Part shown: positions 1 to 10,540 of the stretch, piece by piece
Numbering within the stretch: the stretch's first letter is position 1
How the letters are laid out: each line of letters opens with the position of its first letter
Assembly: GCA_030603385.1 (NCBI GenBank)
Contig: JAUVXW010000013.1
Coordinates: 1 to 64,000 of the forward strand
Origin: Promethearchaeota archaeon
GTDB lineage: Archaea; Asgardarchaeota; Lokiarchaeia; Sigyniarchaeales; SOKP01
Length of the DNA stretch: 64,000 bases
Direction: 5' to 3'
Notes under the pieces: model-generated
What the model saw: the letters and a program-made list of their open reading frames with translations, nothing else
Told to the model about the DNA's origin: nothing
Database searches by the model: none
Program-made: the position numbers and the translations under genes

Positions 1-150
1 CACGCCCAATATGCGACCGTGAAGCGAACGTGGAGAATCAGGGAGGTAAATACGGGAAACCTCGCACGATTTGAAGATAACCTGAAACAAGTAGGAGGAG
101 CCTAAATGATTTTGTCGAGTGAGTGGGGATCAACAATTAAGTTTTTTTTT
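1..150 (+). other. GC-rich stretch ending in a T9 tract: 3' end of an unidentified structured RNA or C-terminal tail of an upstream CDS
   Basis: About 50% GC versus about 30% for the window; potential stems CGTG..GAGGT/ACCTC..CACG, TCAGG/CCTGA, TAGG-AGGAG-CCTA; T-run at 142-150; frame 1 is also open to TAA at 103-105. Confidence 0.3.
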
Positions 151-279
151 AATTAAATCAAAACACACAAAATTTTATAAACTAAATTTTCTTTAATAAT
201 AAAATTCAAAATTTTTTACTTTTTAATTCGAGAATTCTTCAATTAAATAGTAAAATCTCTCGAAGTCGGTGATTTTTAG

Positions 280-1749
280 ATGTCAGGATATTACAGAAAT
301 AAAGTCCACTCAAATGAGCTTATAGCGACATTTGATGATGTTTTAATACTACCTGGTTTTACAGATTTTTCTCCAAGCCAAGTTGATTTATCTTCCAAAT
401 TAGGAAAGTATAATCTTAATCTTCCTATAATGTCATCTGCGATGGATACTGTTACGGAGGAAAATATGGCAATAAACATGGCTTTACATGGAGGTCTTGG
501 TGTTTTACACCGTAATTGTTCTTATGAAAGGCAATTGGAAATGTGTAGGATCGTCAAGAGGGCTAGGTCCTTTGTTATTGATGACGTAGCAACTATTAGT
601 CCAAATGCAAAGGTAACAAAAGCGAAATTTATGATGGAAAATTACAACATAAGCGGTATTGTAGTAACTAACGATGAAAAGAAGGTATGTGGAATATTTA
701 CTAAAAGAGATATTCCTTTCTTTGAACCAGATATAAAAAATGGAGCTATTAAAGACTACATGACTAAAGAAGTGATTTCTATTAAACCAGGTGCATCGCG
801 AGAAGAGGCACTGAAAATTCTATATGATTCCCGCAAAGAAAAATTACCCATTATTGATGAAGACGGTTTTTTAAAAGGATTAATTACAAAAAAGGATTTA
901 GCCCCAGAATTTCCGTTAGCTTCTAAAGATGAAGAGGGACACTTGCTATGTGGAATGGCTTTATCTCCTAAATTTCCAGAATCATCCCATTCCCAAGATT
1001 TATTGAAAGAAATAGACAAATATGTTGATATTTTCTTTATTGATGTAGCTGATTTTTTCAAGAAAGATGATATTGAGGGTACAGTAAAATTAATGAAATT
1101 TTTAGATTCTGATTTTGTGCTAGGTAATATAGGTACCTATCAAGCAGCAGAATATTTAATGACAAAAGTCGATTTTGTAGAAGAGAGATTTATTGGATTA
1201 AAAGTAGGAATGGGTTCAGGTTCGATTTGTACAACTTCGCAACAAACAGGTGTAGGTGCTCCAACCCTTTTTGCAACAGCTCATGTAGCTGATGCTATAC
1301 AAGATTATAATCCCCACCTATCATTAATTGCAGATGGGGGGTTTAAGAATCCCGGTGATTTACCAAAAGCATTTGCAGTGGGTGCCGATTTAATCATGTC
1401 TGGACATTTCTTTGCAGGTACCGAAGAATCTCCCGGTTTTATAGATACTATCGCTGGGAGAAAAGTAAAAGTTTATAGAGGTATGGGATCAAAAGAAGCG
1501 AGGACTTCAGGATATATTTCGGATAGATACGTTGAGGGGTCGAAAATGCTAACAGAGGGTGTATCTAATTATGTCCCTTATGTAGGAGATGTTTTAGGTG
1601 TATTAGCAACTTTAAAAGAAGGTTTAGCAAATGGAATGATTTATGCAGGTGCTGGATCTATTAATGATATGAAGAAAGTAACACTTGGGATCGTCTCTGT
1701 TGTAGGTCAACGCGAGACCGCCCCTCATGATCTAATTGGAAAATATTAG
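280..1749 (+). CDS. guaB: IMP dehydrogenase with tandem CBS domains
   Basis: [30 protein letters not shown] (catalytic Cys), IADGG, YRGMGS, TEGVS motifs; GGTGA SD 7 nt upstream. Confidence 0.95.
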   Translation: MSGYYRNKVHSNELIATFDDVLILPGFTDFSPSQVDLSSKLGKYNLNLPIMSSAMDTVTEENMAINMALHGGLGVLHRNCSYERQLEMCRIVKRARSFVIDDVATISPNAKVTKAKFMMENYNISGIVVTNDEKKVCGIFTKRDIPFFEPDIKNGAIKDYMTKEVISIKPGASREEALKILYDSRKEKLPIIDEDGFLKGLITKKDLAPEFPLASKDEEGHLLCGMALSPKFPESSHSQDLLKEIDKYVDIFFIDVADFFKKDDIEGTVKLMKFLDSDFVLGNIGTYQAAEYLMTKVDFVEERFIGLKVGMGSGSICTTSQQTGVGAPTLFATAHVADAIQDYNPHLSLIADGGFKNPGDLPKAFAVGADLIMSGHFFAGTEESPGFIDTIAGRKVKVYRGMGSKEARTSGYISDRYVEGSKMLTEGVSNYVPYVGDVLGVLATLKEGLANGMIYAGAGSINDMKKVTLGIVSVVGQRETAPHDLIGKY

Positions 1750-1806
1750 ACTTTTCCATTTTCTCTTTCCAATTTATCAAATATCTATTAAATAATTTTT
1801 AACCAC

Positions 1807-1824
1807 AACAAACTTTAGTTTGTT
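1807..1824. promoter_or_regulatory. 8-bp inverted repeat upstream of purH, candidate operator
   Basis: AACAAACT-TT-AGTTTGTT about 45 nt before the start. Confidence 0.35.
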
Positions 1825-1870
1825 AAGATTATTGTTACTAACCACTTAAGAACGAATAAAATGGTTGCTT

Positions 1871-3475
1871 ATGAAAAAAATCGAAAGAGCATTAGTAAGT
1901 GTATTTGATAAGAATAATGTTTTAAGTTTTGTTAAAGTGTTAGTAAACGAATTTGGAGTTGAAATTCTCTCAACTGGAGGAACAGGAAAATTATTAGAGA
2001 ATAATGGCATTAAAATTATCAAAATCTCTGAGTATACTGCGTCACCTGAAATGTTTGATGGGAGAGTAAAGACCCTGCACCCTAAAATTGAAGGTGGTAT
2101 TCTTTATCGCAGAGCTTTGGAGAAAGATATTGAAGATGCTAAAAAATATAACATCCTTCCAATTGATATGGTTATATGCAACCTATATCAGTTTAAAGAG
2201 GCTATATCTAAACCTGATATTACCTTGGAAGAAGCTTTAGAGATGATTGATATTGGTGGACCAACTATGATTAGAGCTGCTGCTAAAAATTTTCCAGATG
2301 TTGTAGTTGTTCCTCATGTAAGATATTATGATCAAGTTATTAAGGAATTAAAGGAGTATAACGGTCAAGTAACTGATAAAACAAGAGCAGAATTAGCTCA
2401 AGATGTTTTTACTATAATGGCGGACTATAATGCAGCAATAGCCAATTTTCTTCAATCTTATTATAACCCAGATAAAGTTTTTGGAAAATATATAATTAAA
2501 GTTTATGAAAAAGTTCAAGACTGTCGATACGGGGAGAATTGGGATCAATCTGCAGCCTACTATAGAGATCTTTCAGCAAAATACGGGCTTCATCGCTTTA
2601 AACAGTTAGGAGGTAAACAGATTTCATTTAATAATTTTCTGGATATTGATTCTTGTGTACAAATGTTACTAGATTTTGATGAAGAACGCTATGTCACAGC
2701 AATTCTAAAACATACATCTCCTAATGGCATAGCAACTGACAAGAAAAATCAATTAAAATCTGTCCAAATGGCATACAATTGTGACCCAATGTCTGCATTT
2801 GGAGGAATCTGGGGTGTAAACAAAGAACTAACTCCTGATGTTGCAGATTTCATCATAAACAAGGAAAAAATCTTTGTAGACGTTATACTAGCACCTTCAT
2901 TTGATCCTAAAGCTCTTGAAATTTTGAAACAGAAGCAAAATATGAGAATATTAGAATTAGGTGATTTCCTTGAAAAAAAAAACGAAATCTACGAAAACTT
3001 AGAGATTCGCTCCACTTTAGGTGGTGTATTAATTCAAGAATATGATAGTAAACCTGTGATTAAAGAATGGAATGTAGTAAGTAAAAGGAAAGTAAATGAA
3101 GTCGAAAAGGAGGCATTAATTTTTGCTTATAAAGTTTCAAAATGGGCTAAATCAAATTCTGCCTGTTTTGCCCAAGAACATGGGGGTGGATTTTATACAA
3201 TTGGGATAGGTGCTGGACAACAAAGTAGGGTGCATGTAGTTAAATTAGCTGCTCAAAAGGCACGTGAATTTGGCCATGAAGAAGAATTAAAGAATTCTGT
3301 AATGGGAACTGACTCTTTCATTCCATTTCCTGATGCCTTAGAAGCTGCTGTTAATGTAGGTGCAAAAGCAATAATACACCCTGGCGGGAGTATAAGGGAT
3401 GAATTAATTATTAATCGTGCTGACGAATTAGGATGTGCATTAGTATTTTGTGGCAAAAGAGTATTCCGACATTAA
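1871..3475 (+). CDS. purH: Bifunctional AICAR transformylase / IMP cyclohydrolase
   Basis: RALVSVFDK, STGGT, GRVKTLHPKI, IDIGGPTMIRAAAKN, RYGEN, KHTSP, SAFGG, PGGSIRD, C-terminal RVFRH; ATG at 1871 preferred over TTG at 1865. Confidence 0.95.
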   Translation: MKKIERALVSVFDKNNVLSFVKVLVNEFGVEILSTGGTGKLLENNGIKIIKISEYTASPEMFDGRVKTLHPKIEGGILYRRALEKDIEDAKKYNILPIDMVICNLYQFKEAISKPDITLEEALEMIDIGGPTMIRAAAKNFPDVVVVPHVRYYDQVIKELKEYNGQVTDKTRAELAQDVFTIMADYNAAIANFLQSYYNPDKVFGKYIIKVYEKVQDCRYGENWDQSAAYYRDLSAKYGLHRFKQLGGKQISFNNFLDIDSCVQMLLDFDEERYVTAILKHTSPNGIATDKKNQLKSVQMAYNCDPMSAFGGIWGVNKELTPDVADFIINKEKIFVDVILAPSFDPKALEILKQKQNMRILELGDFLEKKNEIYENLEIRSTLGGVLIQEYDSKPVIKEWNVVSKRKVNEVEKEALIFAYKVSKWAKSNSACFAQEHGGGFYTIGIGAGQQSRVHVVKLAAQKAREFGHEEELKNSVMGTDSFIPFPDALEAAVNVGAKAIIHPGGSIRDELIINRADELGCALVFCGKRVFRH

Positions 3476-3672
3476 ATTTAGCTTAAGATTAACCGCTTTA
3501 TCTCTTACTTTTTTGATAAATTTAGACTTTTAGGTAATTCTTTTTTAGAATAAAAAAACTTTATAAAGATTAAATCACAAAGATCAAAAAGATCATTTTG
3601 ACTTTTTAAATTTATAATTTAATTGAGGAGAGTATAACTAAATAGTTTCTTTTAAGAGGAGCTCTTATAACT

Positions 3673-3960
3673 ATGGATTTTTTCTTGAATAACTTGAAAG
3701 AGACGCTTGATGCTATAAATAAATTAATTGAAAATAATGTATATATAGTTAATACTAAAAGAATTAGAAGATGTTTTAATATTAAATCATCAAATCGTTC
3801 TAAGATTAATTTTATATGGAGAGCCCTAAAATTCCTTGAGGATGAAGGAATTTTAACTTTAAATGGCATCACAAATCCTAAAACATATAAAATATTGGCA
3901 GACCAAAAAATAGATGTACATAAATTCCTTACTCAATTAGAAAAAGATAAAAAACATTAA
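3673..3960 (+). CDS. Small winged-helix-like hypothetical protein
   Basis: 95 aa; IWRALKFLEDEGIL followed by a hairpin ending PKTYKI, typical of wHTH recognition helix plus wing. Confidence 0.55.
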   Translation: MDFFLNNLKETLDAINKLIENNVYIVNTKRIRRCFNIKSSNRSKINFIWRALKFLEDEGILTLNGITNPKTYKILADQKIDVHKFLTQLEKDKKH

Positions 3961-6740
3961 CTTGAATTTAAATATAATTTACTCACCAATTCCATAAGTT
4001 TATTTTTAGAATCTATATCCTCTGGATTATTAATTAATCGTTTTTGGTAAAAGATTATATTTGGATATTTCACTTCAAGTCTATTAAACAGCTTTACCCA
4101 GGATTCAAAGTTATTTAAATTTTCATATACTTCTGGATCATCTTCAAATAATTTTAGCTCCTTCTTCTCCTGAGTTGAGAAAATTTTTTTATATTTTTTA
4201 ACGCTAACACCTTGATCTTCTAGAAATTTCTTATTAGCTCTACGAACAAAAGCATCTAAGCCACTTCTCCACCTTACATATTTCTCATTTATTTTATCAA
4301 TTATTTCCTGGATTATTTTAATTTCTTGAGGAAAAATTGTTTCTTCATTCTTTGTTAATATTTTTTTAATCTTTTCAAATTCTGATTCAAATATTTGAAT
4401 ATAATTATTTACATTTTTCTCTAATTCAAATAGAACTGTATTATAATCCTTAGCAAATAATACTTCATCACTATAAAAAGTTAAAGTTTCTTCATCGAAT
4501 GTGCCTTTTAACTTCCTGTTTTTTATTAAATCATCAAAAATTACTCTCAATAATTCAATTTCATCCTGATTTAAATCTTTTCCATAAAATAAATCACTAA
4601 ATGAAAAAATGCTACTATTTTCCAGCATTAAGTTACGAATTCCTCTTTCTGTAAAAAATTTTATTTGTCCTTCATGTTCATAGAAAAGACCTTTCAATTT
4701 ACCATCCTTAAGTAAATCCTTTGTTAAGTCTTCAATCAAATTAGATCTAATATTTAAATTTCCTAAAACAAGGTAATCTTCTGATTTTGATTTATCTAAC
4801 AACAAATATTTAATATCCTTCTTGGCCTCTTCAATTTTTACTGGATTGAATATTAGTAGATCATCTTTTTTAAAGTAAGTAATCCCTAATTCATCAATAT
4901 ATTTTATAAAAGTTTCTAAATCCATTCCTGTTTTCTCAAGATACTCACTTGCTTTTATCTGATCTTTTTTCTTAATCTCTTCACCAATTAATTGTAGGTT
5001 CTCATCAATTTTTGTCACTATTAGATTTTTATCAATATTCAACTCTCTAGCTAATAAATCAATTTGCTTAGATTTTTCTCCTTCATCTGAAATCGAACTA
5101 ATTTTTTCTATTTTCTCTGTCAAATATTTAGAATAGTAGAAAACTTCCTTTCTTTTGTCCCAAATTCCACTTCTCTGATCAACGGTGTGATCAAATACAT
5201 CTATTAATAGGATTTGTCCTATATTTATTTTTTTTGAGTTCTTAATTATATCAAAGAATCCAAATATTTTCGAGCTTTGAATTTCATTTGATATTTTAAG
5301 AGTACCTAAGTTAGTTAACCATTGAGTTCCTTTATGATAATTAGATAAATAACCTTTAGGTAAATTTTTAATTAAATTAATAAAATCTTCATCAATCAAT
5401 CTTTCTCGATATGATTTTAAATCAATTACACTATTTTTTGCTGCCTCTCGATTTATTTGTTTTTGTATCTTCTTTAAAGAATAATAAATATTCTTATTTT
5501 TTCCTAATAGTAGTTTATCCTTTTGAGAAAGCCTTATGTCTTTTATTATGCCTCCTATAAACGGAGGTGGAAGGTAATTGTATTTCTTTATATTTATAAT
5601 TCCTTTTTGAATCAGGTCATCAACTAGTCTTGATTTAATGTAATTGTATGAATAGAATAATCCCAAATTTGAATAATAACCCTTAATAATTTTTAAATTT
5701 ATCAAAGTTTGGATAAAAATTTTTAATTCTGACTCATCTTGTATTATTTGAGAAAAAGTTTCTTGTATTTTTTCTTTAGATATTTTTAAACCTTCTTCAA
5801 AAAAGTCTATTAGCTTATCTCTTTCAAGTTCGTAAACAAATATTAAATTCGTTTTTGTTTTTGTATAGAAAAAAAACTTCTCATCTTTCAGCTCTGATTT
5901 TTTGATTTTTTTTATGTAGTCTTTTAATGATAAATTAGAATTTCTTGATATTTTAGTAAAATTATATTTTTTCATAAGAAACTGCTTATCTAATAAGTCC
6001 AATAAATCATTAATTCTCACAGTTTCTAAATTTTTCTCTTTCAAATCCGGAAAAAACCGAGAAATGACTTTTAATAGATCTGCAACAATTTTAGGCTCAA
6101 CATCATAATAAGATGAGACTAATGATTTTGAAATATCTCTCAGATAATATAACTGGTTAAAGCCCAAATCTTTACAGTATCCAAGCAAATTAAATAAAGA
6201 CAATAAATTTTCTTTAATTTGTTCCACAGAAAGACTCTTTAATATATTATCTTTAATAGAATTAACTAAATTTGGATTTTTTCTCACTAATTCAAGCAAA
6301 AAAAAGTGAACATTGTCTCTCATATCATCCAATTGGTCTGTTAAAAATTCTGCGAATTTATTAAAATACTTTTTAACAAGACTTTGATTTGCTAGAAGGG
6401 CAAATCCTATAACGATTAGTGAATTTACTCTTAATTTTGTATCGTCAGAATAGAGAAAAGTTTCTACTTTTTGAATAATTCTCTCGGTTATAAGATCAGT
6501 ATCATGTTCTGCTAAGATACTTAAAATATATGTTATAGGTACAGCATGTTCAGATTGATCTAATAAACTCTCTAATTCTTCTATTACTTTTATTACTTTT
6601 TGGGTTTTATTCTTACTTAGAAATTTGTTAAGCTTGTCAACAATAGGTTCAAGGACCAAATCGTTTTGAAATTCTTTTAGATTAAACATATATAATGCAC
6701 TGTAATTCTTAATCCAATAAGAATTTTTTGAATGGTTCAA
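3957..6740 (-). CDS. Large protein: N-terminal HEAT/ARM repeats, tandem winged-helix (PCI/UFL1-like) units, C-terminal helical region
   Basis: HEAT-like LYSDDTKLRVNSLIVIG and LTDQLDDMRDNVHFFL; repeated WH wings IKGYYS, LKGLFYE, LKGTFDEETLTF; true start may be TTG at 6659 since the longest ORF overlaps the HAD gene. Confidence 0.7.
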   Translation of the reverse strand: MNHSKNSYWIKNYSALYMFNLKEFQNDLVLEPIVDKLNKFLSKNKTQKVIKVIEELESLLDQSEHAVPITYILSILAEHDTDLITERIIQKVETFLYSDDTKLRVNSLIVIGFALLANQSLVKKYFNKFAEFLTDQLDDMRDNVHFFLLELVRKNPNLVNSIKDNILKSLSVEQIKENLLSLFNLLGYCKDLGFNQLYYLRDISKSLVSSYYDVEPKIVADLLKVISRFFPDLKEKNLETVRINDLLDLLDKQFLMKKYNFTKISRNSNLSLKDYIKKIKKSELKDEKFFFYTKTKTNLIFVYELERDKLIDFFEEGLKISKEKIQETFSQIIQDESELKIFIQTLINLKIIKGYYSNLGLFYSYNYIKSRLVDDLIQKGIINIKKYNYLPPPFIGGIIKDIRLSQKDKLLLGKNKNIYYSLKKIQKQINREAAKNSVIDLKSYRERLIDEDFINLIKNLPKGYLSNYHKGTQWLTNLGTLKISNEIQSSKIFGFFDIIKNSKKINIGQILLIDVFDHTVDQRSGIWDKRKEVFYYSKYLTEKIEKISSISDEGEKSKQIDLLARELNIDKNLIVTKIDENLQLIGEEIKKKDQIKASEYLEKTGMDLETFIKYIDELGITYFKKDDLLIFNPVKIEEAKKDIKYLLLDKSKSEDYLVLGNLNIRSNLIEDLTKDLLKDGKLKGLFYEHEGQIKFFTERGIRNLMLENSSIFSFSDLFYGKDLNQDEIELLRVIFDDLIKNRKLKGTFDEETLTFYSDEVLFAKDYNTVLFELEKNVNNYIQIFESEFEKIKKILTKNEETIFPQEIKIIQEIIDKINEKYVRWRSGLDAFVRRANKKFLEDQGVSVKKYKKIFSTQEKKELKLFEDDPEVYENLNNFESWVKLFNRLEVKYPNIIFYQKRLINNPEDIDSKNKLMELVSKLYLNSS

Positions 6741-7434
6741 TTTCTAAAATATCCTTAATCTCTTTAAGTATAAAGGAAGGCTTTGAATCCTCTAAACTTT
6801 CTTTAGTGCCATGACCAGAAAGTAACGCAATACTATTGATTTCTGCGTTTTTAGCACATTGAACATCATGAGGGAGATCACCTACATAATAAACGTCGTT
6901 GTTATCTATTAAAAGTTTAAAATCTTTCTTAATTTCTTTTAAGGCGGCATAAATTGGATAAGGATTTGGTTTCCTGTAAGGTGTATCGTCTCGTGAGATA
7001 AAAACAGAAAAATATTTGTGTAAATTAAACTTTCGAATGAAGTGATCTAACCGATTTCCCCTTGTATTAGAAATTATTCCTAAGATAAACTTATTTTCCT
7101 TAAGTTTGATTAATACATTCTCTAAATTGGGCTTTAGAGTTTCATATTTTTCATATTTAGGATAAGTATTCCTGAATTTCATAAAGAATAGAACTCTTTT
7201 CCATAAACGGGGTATATATTGTTTATAGTCTTTAACTATTCGTAATAAAGCTTTTACTCTATTCTTTGAATCTGCCTCTTCAAACATTCGAGCTAAGTCT
7301 ATAAGCCTTAAATTTTCAGTATTTCTCCAATTATAAAAGCTTTTTTTTAAAAAGACAGAAGCTGTATATTCTAAAGATTTTTGTGTAATGATAACTCCAT
7401 CAAAATCAAATAGTACTATAGGTTGATGAGACAT
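6709..7434 (-). CDS. HAD-superfamily hydrolase (phosphoglycolate phosphatase-like)
   Basis: LFDFDGVI motif I, GIISN motif II, KPNP motif III, YVGD...D motif IV. Confidence 0.9.
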   Translation of the reverse strand: MSHQPIVLFDFDGVIITQKSLEYTASVFLKKSFYNWRNTENLRLIDLARMFEEADSKNRVKALLRIVKDYKQYIPRLWKRVLFFMKFRNTYPKYEKYETLKPNLENVLIKLKENKFILGIISNTRGNRLDHFIRKFNLHKYFSVFISRDDTPYRKPNPYPIYAALKEIKKDFKLLIDNNDVYYVGDLPHDVQCAKNAEINSIALLSGHGTKESLEDSKPSFILKEIKDILEIEPFKKFLLD

Positions 7435-7542
7435 ATGTGTATTTAAAAGTGCGATTTAACACTTAAATTTAATCATATAGGTTAAACAGTAAAAAAGTAA
7501 AATATTAAAAAAAATTAGAATAATTTAATTTCTTATATTTTA

Positions 7543-8217
7543 TTAATCCATTTCATCTGGTTCCACAGATACGTGAGAAAGCAACCAATCAAGTTGTTTT
7601 TCAATTTTATTGATGTTGAGAACTGTGTTTAAGATCATGACCTCGTCAGCTTTTCCTGGCATCATTGTGAACCTTCCAGCGCGGAGCAAGAAAAATTCAA
7701 AGACATCCGGAATCTCTTTCTTAAATCTTAGACTTTTTGAAGGGAATCTCTCAGCTGAACTAAATATACCCTTCTTATGTATAATCTCGTTTCTTTCAAT
7801 TTTGTAATACTCGAATCTTGTACTAATCACCACTATCCCTAATATAAACACCAAAATTATTGACATCACCATATAGAATTGCCATGGTAACCCTAAATCA
7901 ATTTCAATCCCAGTAAGAGATACCGAGAAATTTGGTAAGACTAAGAAAACTACGAGTAAAAGAACTACCACAATGGCTAAGATTAAAACAAAGAATTTGG
8001 TTGATGAAAAATCAAAAGCAGTTACGAAAATATTAACAAAGAACACAATAAACCAAGCATAACCTAATCCTAAAGAATTGGTAGTAGAATTGGTTTTAAG
8101 AAGTGCTTGTATTATCCATAGGATAATGGATGTTATCAGTAGAGGCCAATAAAATATTACTTTGGGATAACTCCTTATAAATATTTCAGTTGGATGTTTT
8201 ACTTTTTTTTCAGACAT
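7543..8217 (-). CDS. Membrane protein, about 4 TM helices plus soluble C-terminal domain (bacterial PH-like)
   Basis: Hydrophobic segments followed by YYKIERNEIIHKKGIFS...EIPDVFE. Confidence 0.7.
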   Translation of the reverse strand: MSEKKVKHPTEIFIRSYPKVIFYWPLLITSIILWIIQALLKTNSTTNSLGLGYAWFIVFFVNIFVTAFDFSSTKFFVLILAIVVVLLLVVFLVLPNFSVSLTGIEIDLGLPWQFYMVMSIILVFILGIVVISTRFEYYKIERNEIIHKKGIFSSAERFPSKSLRFKKEIPDVFEFFLLRAGRFTMMPGKADEVMILNTVLNINKIEKQLDWLLSHVSVEPDEMD

Positions 8218-8419
8218 AATATATATTCACTACGTCTTAATTTTTTTTTATAATTCAAAGAGAATTATTAAAATAAATAATAGATGTGTTATTTAAATAT
8301 TAGTATCTTATAGATTTACCTTAAATATAGAAAAATTGTGGTAAAGTCATTTACATTTGAGTAGTCTAACTTTTCCATTAAAGAAGATTTTTGAAAAATA
8401 TTATCATAATTTGAAAATT

Positions 8420-8620
8420 TCATGAAGTTGTTCTCTTTAAAATGTATTCAGCTTTTTTTTTCACATTTAGAACAGTATTAAGGTGAACATTTTTATTATT
8501 TTTTGCGAATATAAGAGTAATTGTTCCTGTTTTGACCATTAAATACTCAAACAAATCTGGAATCTCTTTTTTAACTCTAAGGCCTCTTACTGGAAAACGT
8601 TTTAACGAAGTAGAAAAAAT
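8420..8620 (-). pseudogene. Truncated paralog fragment of the C-terminal domain of the 7543-8217 protein
   Basis: Translates IFSTSLKRFPVRGLRVKKEIPDLFEYLMVKTGTITLIFAKNNKNVHLNTVLNVKKKAEYILKRTTS*, aligning with IFSSAERFPSKSLRFKKEIPDVFEFFLLRAG...LNTVLNINK; preceded by in-frame TAA TAG TAG. Confidence 0.8.
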
Positions 8621-8685
8621 CTACTATTACTTAATGAAAATCTACTAAATGCAATCTAAAAAAGGATTATGCTTTTCTAAAGTTA

Positions 8686-9435
8686 TTAATAAAAGGAACC
8701 CATTGTTTTAATCATTCGATAAGAGAGTTCCACTGACTTATTTCCATTTTCACTAATCCCCATATGACCTGGAAGAAGATATTTTATATCTAAATCATTT
8801 ACAAACTTTATTGAATTAATCAGTGTCGATAATGAACCACCTGGAAAATCATATCGTCCAAAACTACCTCCTATAAAGATCAGATCTCCAGGAATTAAAA
8901 CTTTTTTTTTAGGCTCATAATAACAGACAGAGCCCAAAGAATGACCAGGAGTATGATGAGTTTCAAAAACAAATTCAGAAGAAATTTTAATTTTTTTTAA
9001 ATTACGTAAATCATTAACTTGTAAAGGAATAATCTCAATTCCAAATCTTCTTGCAGTTAAACCGAACATTACTGGTAGAATTTTTGTTTCTTCTCCTTTT
9101 TCTAAGATTTTTGCAGTTTCTCCATAAGCATAAATCTCTGGAGGGTCAGCCTTTAATATATTCAATAATTTATAGATTCCTAAGACGTGATCAACGTGTT
9201 CGTGAGTAAGAAATATTTTAGTAATGTTTTCGTAATCCAAGTTTAATTTTTTCATTCCCTTAAATAAACCCTCAAGTGAAATAGCATTTCCTCCATCAAA
9301 TAAACTTAACTCACCAGTATTATTATCTTTAATAATATACTGATTGCAATCAAGCGTCTGATTTTCTGAGAAGTAATAAAGATTTGTGATAACTTCCTTA
9401 CCTAATTTCTCAGAATCATCCTTAGAAAAAAACAT
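8686..9435 (-). CDS. Metallo-beta-lactamase fold hydrolase (glyoxalase II-like)
   Basis: THEHVDH, TPGHS, GDLIF, GRYDFPGGS, LPGH. Confidence 0.9.
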   Translation of the reverse strand: MFFSKDDSEKLGKEVITNLYYFSENQTLDCNQYIIKDNNTGELSLFDGGNAISLEGLFKGMKKLNLDYENITKIFLTHEHVDHVLGIYKLLNILKADPPEIYAYGETAKILEKGEETKILPVMFGLTARRFGIEIIPLQVNDLRNLKKIKISSEFVFETHHTPGHSLGSVCYYEPKKKVLIPGDLIFIGGSFGRYDFPGGSLSTLINSIKFVNDLDIKYLLPGHMGISENGNKSVELSYRMIKTMGSFY

Positions 9436-9541
9436 TATATTTCAATTCAAATCCTCTTTTAAACAAATAAAAATAGCTTGATTTTAATGTTTTTCTTTTA
9501 AAAGATATAAATTATTAATAATCGAAAAATAAATAATAATT

Positions 9542-9922
9542 ATGGCTAAAGAACCCAAAATTGAGAAATTAAAATCTAAAATCAGTTTTGGAATAAAATT
9601 TTGGCTACAATTTGAGAATAAGAGTATTTTGGGTAGCGGATGGGCGGAGTTGTTAAAAAGTATTGAGAAAAATAAGGAAGGCTCTCTAACTCAAGCGGCT
9701 AAAGAGTGTAATTATTCTTATAAGTATGCTTGGAATATTCTGAAGAGAATTGAAACGAGAACAGGAATGCCTATTGTAACAACAGGTAAAGGTGGTCCTG
9801 GAGGTGGAGGGTGGGTTAAATTAAATGAATGGGGTCATTATCTTTTATCAATCTTTAATCAATACTTTAAAGAGATTAGTAAAATTGAACAAAATCTTGG
9901 AGGAACCGTAAAAACCAACTAA
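9542..9922 (+). CDS. ModE-family winged-helix regulator (N-terminal domain only)
   Basis: LGSGWAELLKSI, GSLTQAAKECNYSYKYAW, GKGGPGGGG. Confidence 0.85.
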   Translation: MAKEPKIEKLKSKISFGIKFWLQFENKSILGSGWAELLKSIEKNKEGSLTQAAKECNYSYKYAWNILKRIETRTGMPIVTTGKGGPGGGGWVKLNEWGHYLLSIFNQYFKEISKIEQNLGGTVKTN

Positions 9923-10029
9923 TAAATAAATTTTAATTTAAATAATGACTATTTTCATTAAGATTAGTAAAATGAAATAGATTTTTTTAGAAAAGGGTTT
10001 TAGAAAAATTACATGTATGGGGTTTTAAT

Positions 10030-10458
10030 ATGGGGGAAGATCGCTTACAAAAGTTTAGTGAAATAAAAGTATCAGAGATCATGATCAAAGATCCCCTTTC
10101 TATAACTCCAGATGGAAAAATTAGTGCAACAGAACTTTTAATGTTAAGGAAAAAAATTGGGGGACTCCCTGTAGTTAAGGATCAAAAAAATAATCAATTA
10201 ATTGGAATTATCACACAAAGAGATATACGATTAGCTAGGTTTGCTATGAGTTTAGAATCACCAAATACAACTGTTAAAGATTTAATGACTTCTGAACCCT
10301 TTATAGTTAAAAAGGATGAGGTTTTAATAAACGTTTTAGAGTTGATGTTTGATAATAACATACAACGTTTACCTGTTGTAAATGATAATAACCAATTAAT
10401 TGGATTAATTGTACAAAACCAAATCTTAAAAAAATTATTTGACTATATGAAAACATAA
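10030..10458 (+). CDS. CBS-pair domain protein
   Basis: KVSEIM, GGLPVV..LIGIITQRDI, TVKDLMT, QRLPVV..LIGLI. Confidence 0.9.
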   Translation: MGEDRLQKFSEIKVSEIMIKDPLSITPDGKISATELLMLRKKIGGLPVVKDQKNNQLIGIITQRDIRLARFAMSLESPNTTVKDLMTSEPFIVKKDEVLINVLELMFDNNIQRLPVVNDNNQLIGLIVQNQILKKLFDYMKT

Positions 10459-10540
10459 TAAAACTAAAAAAACTATAAAAATCATAGTTTTGGAAATTAA
10501 TAGCAATAATTAAAAATAATAATAATAATATTGATTCAAA

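Noticed and set aside
1-140. SRP RNA, RNase P RNA, 5S rRNA or tmRNA
   Set aside because: SRP helix 8 (GGAA loop with AGCAG) and RNase P CR-V not found; tmRNA not expected in archaea
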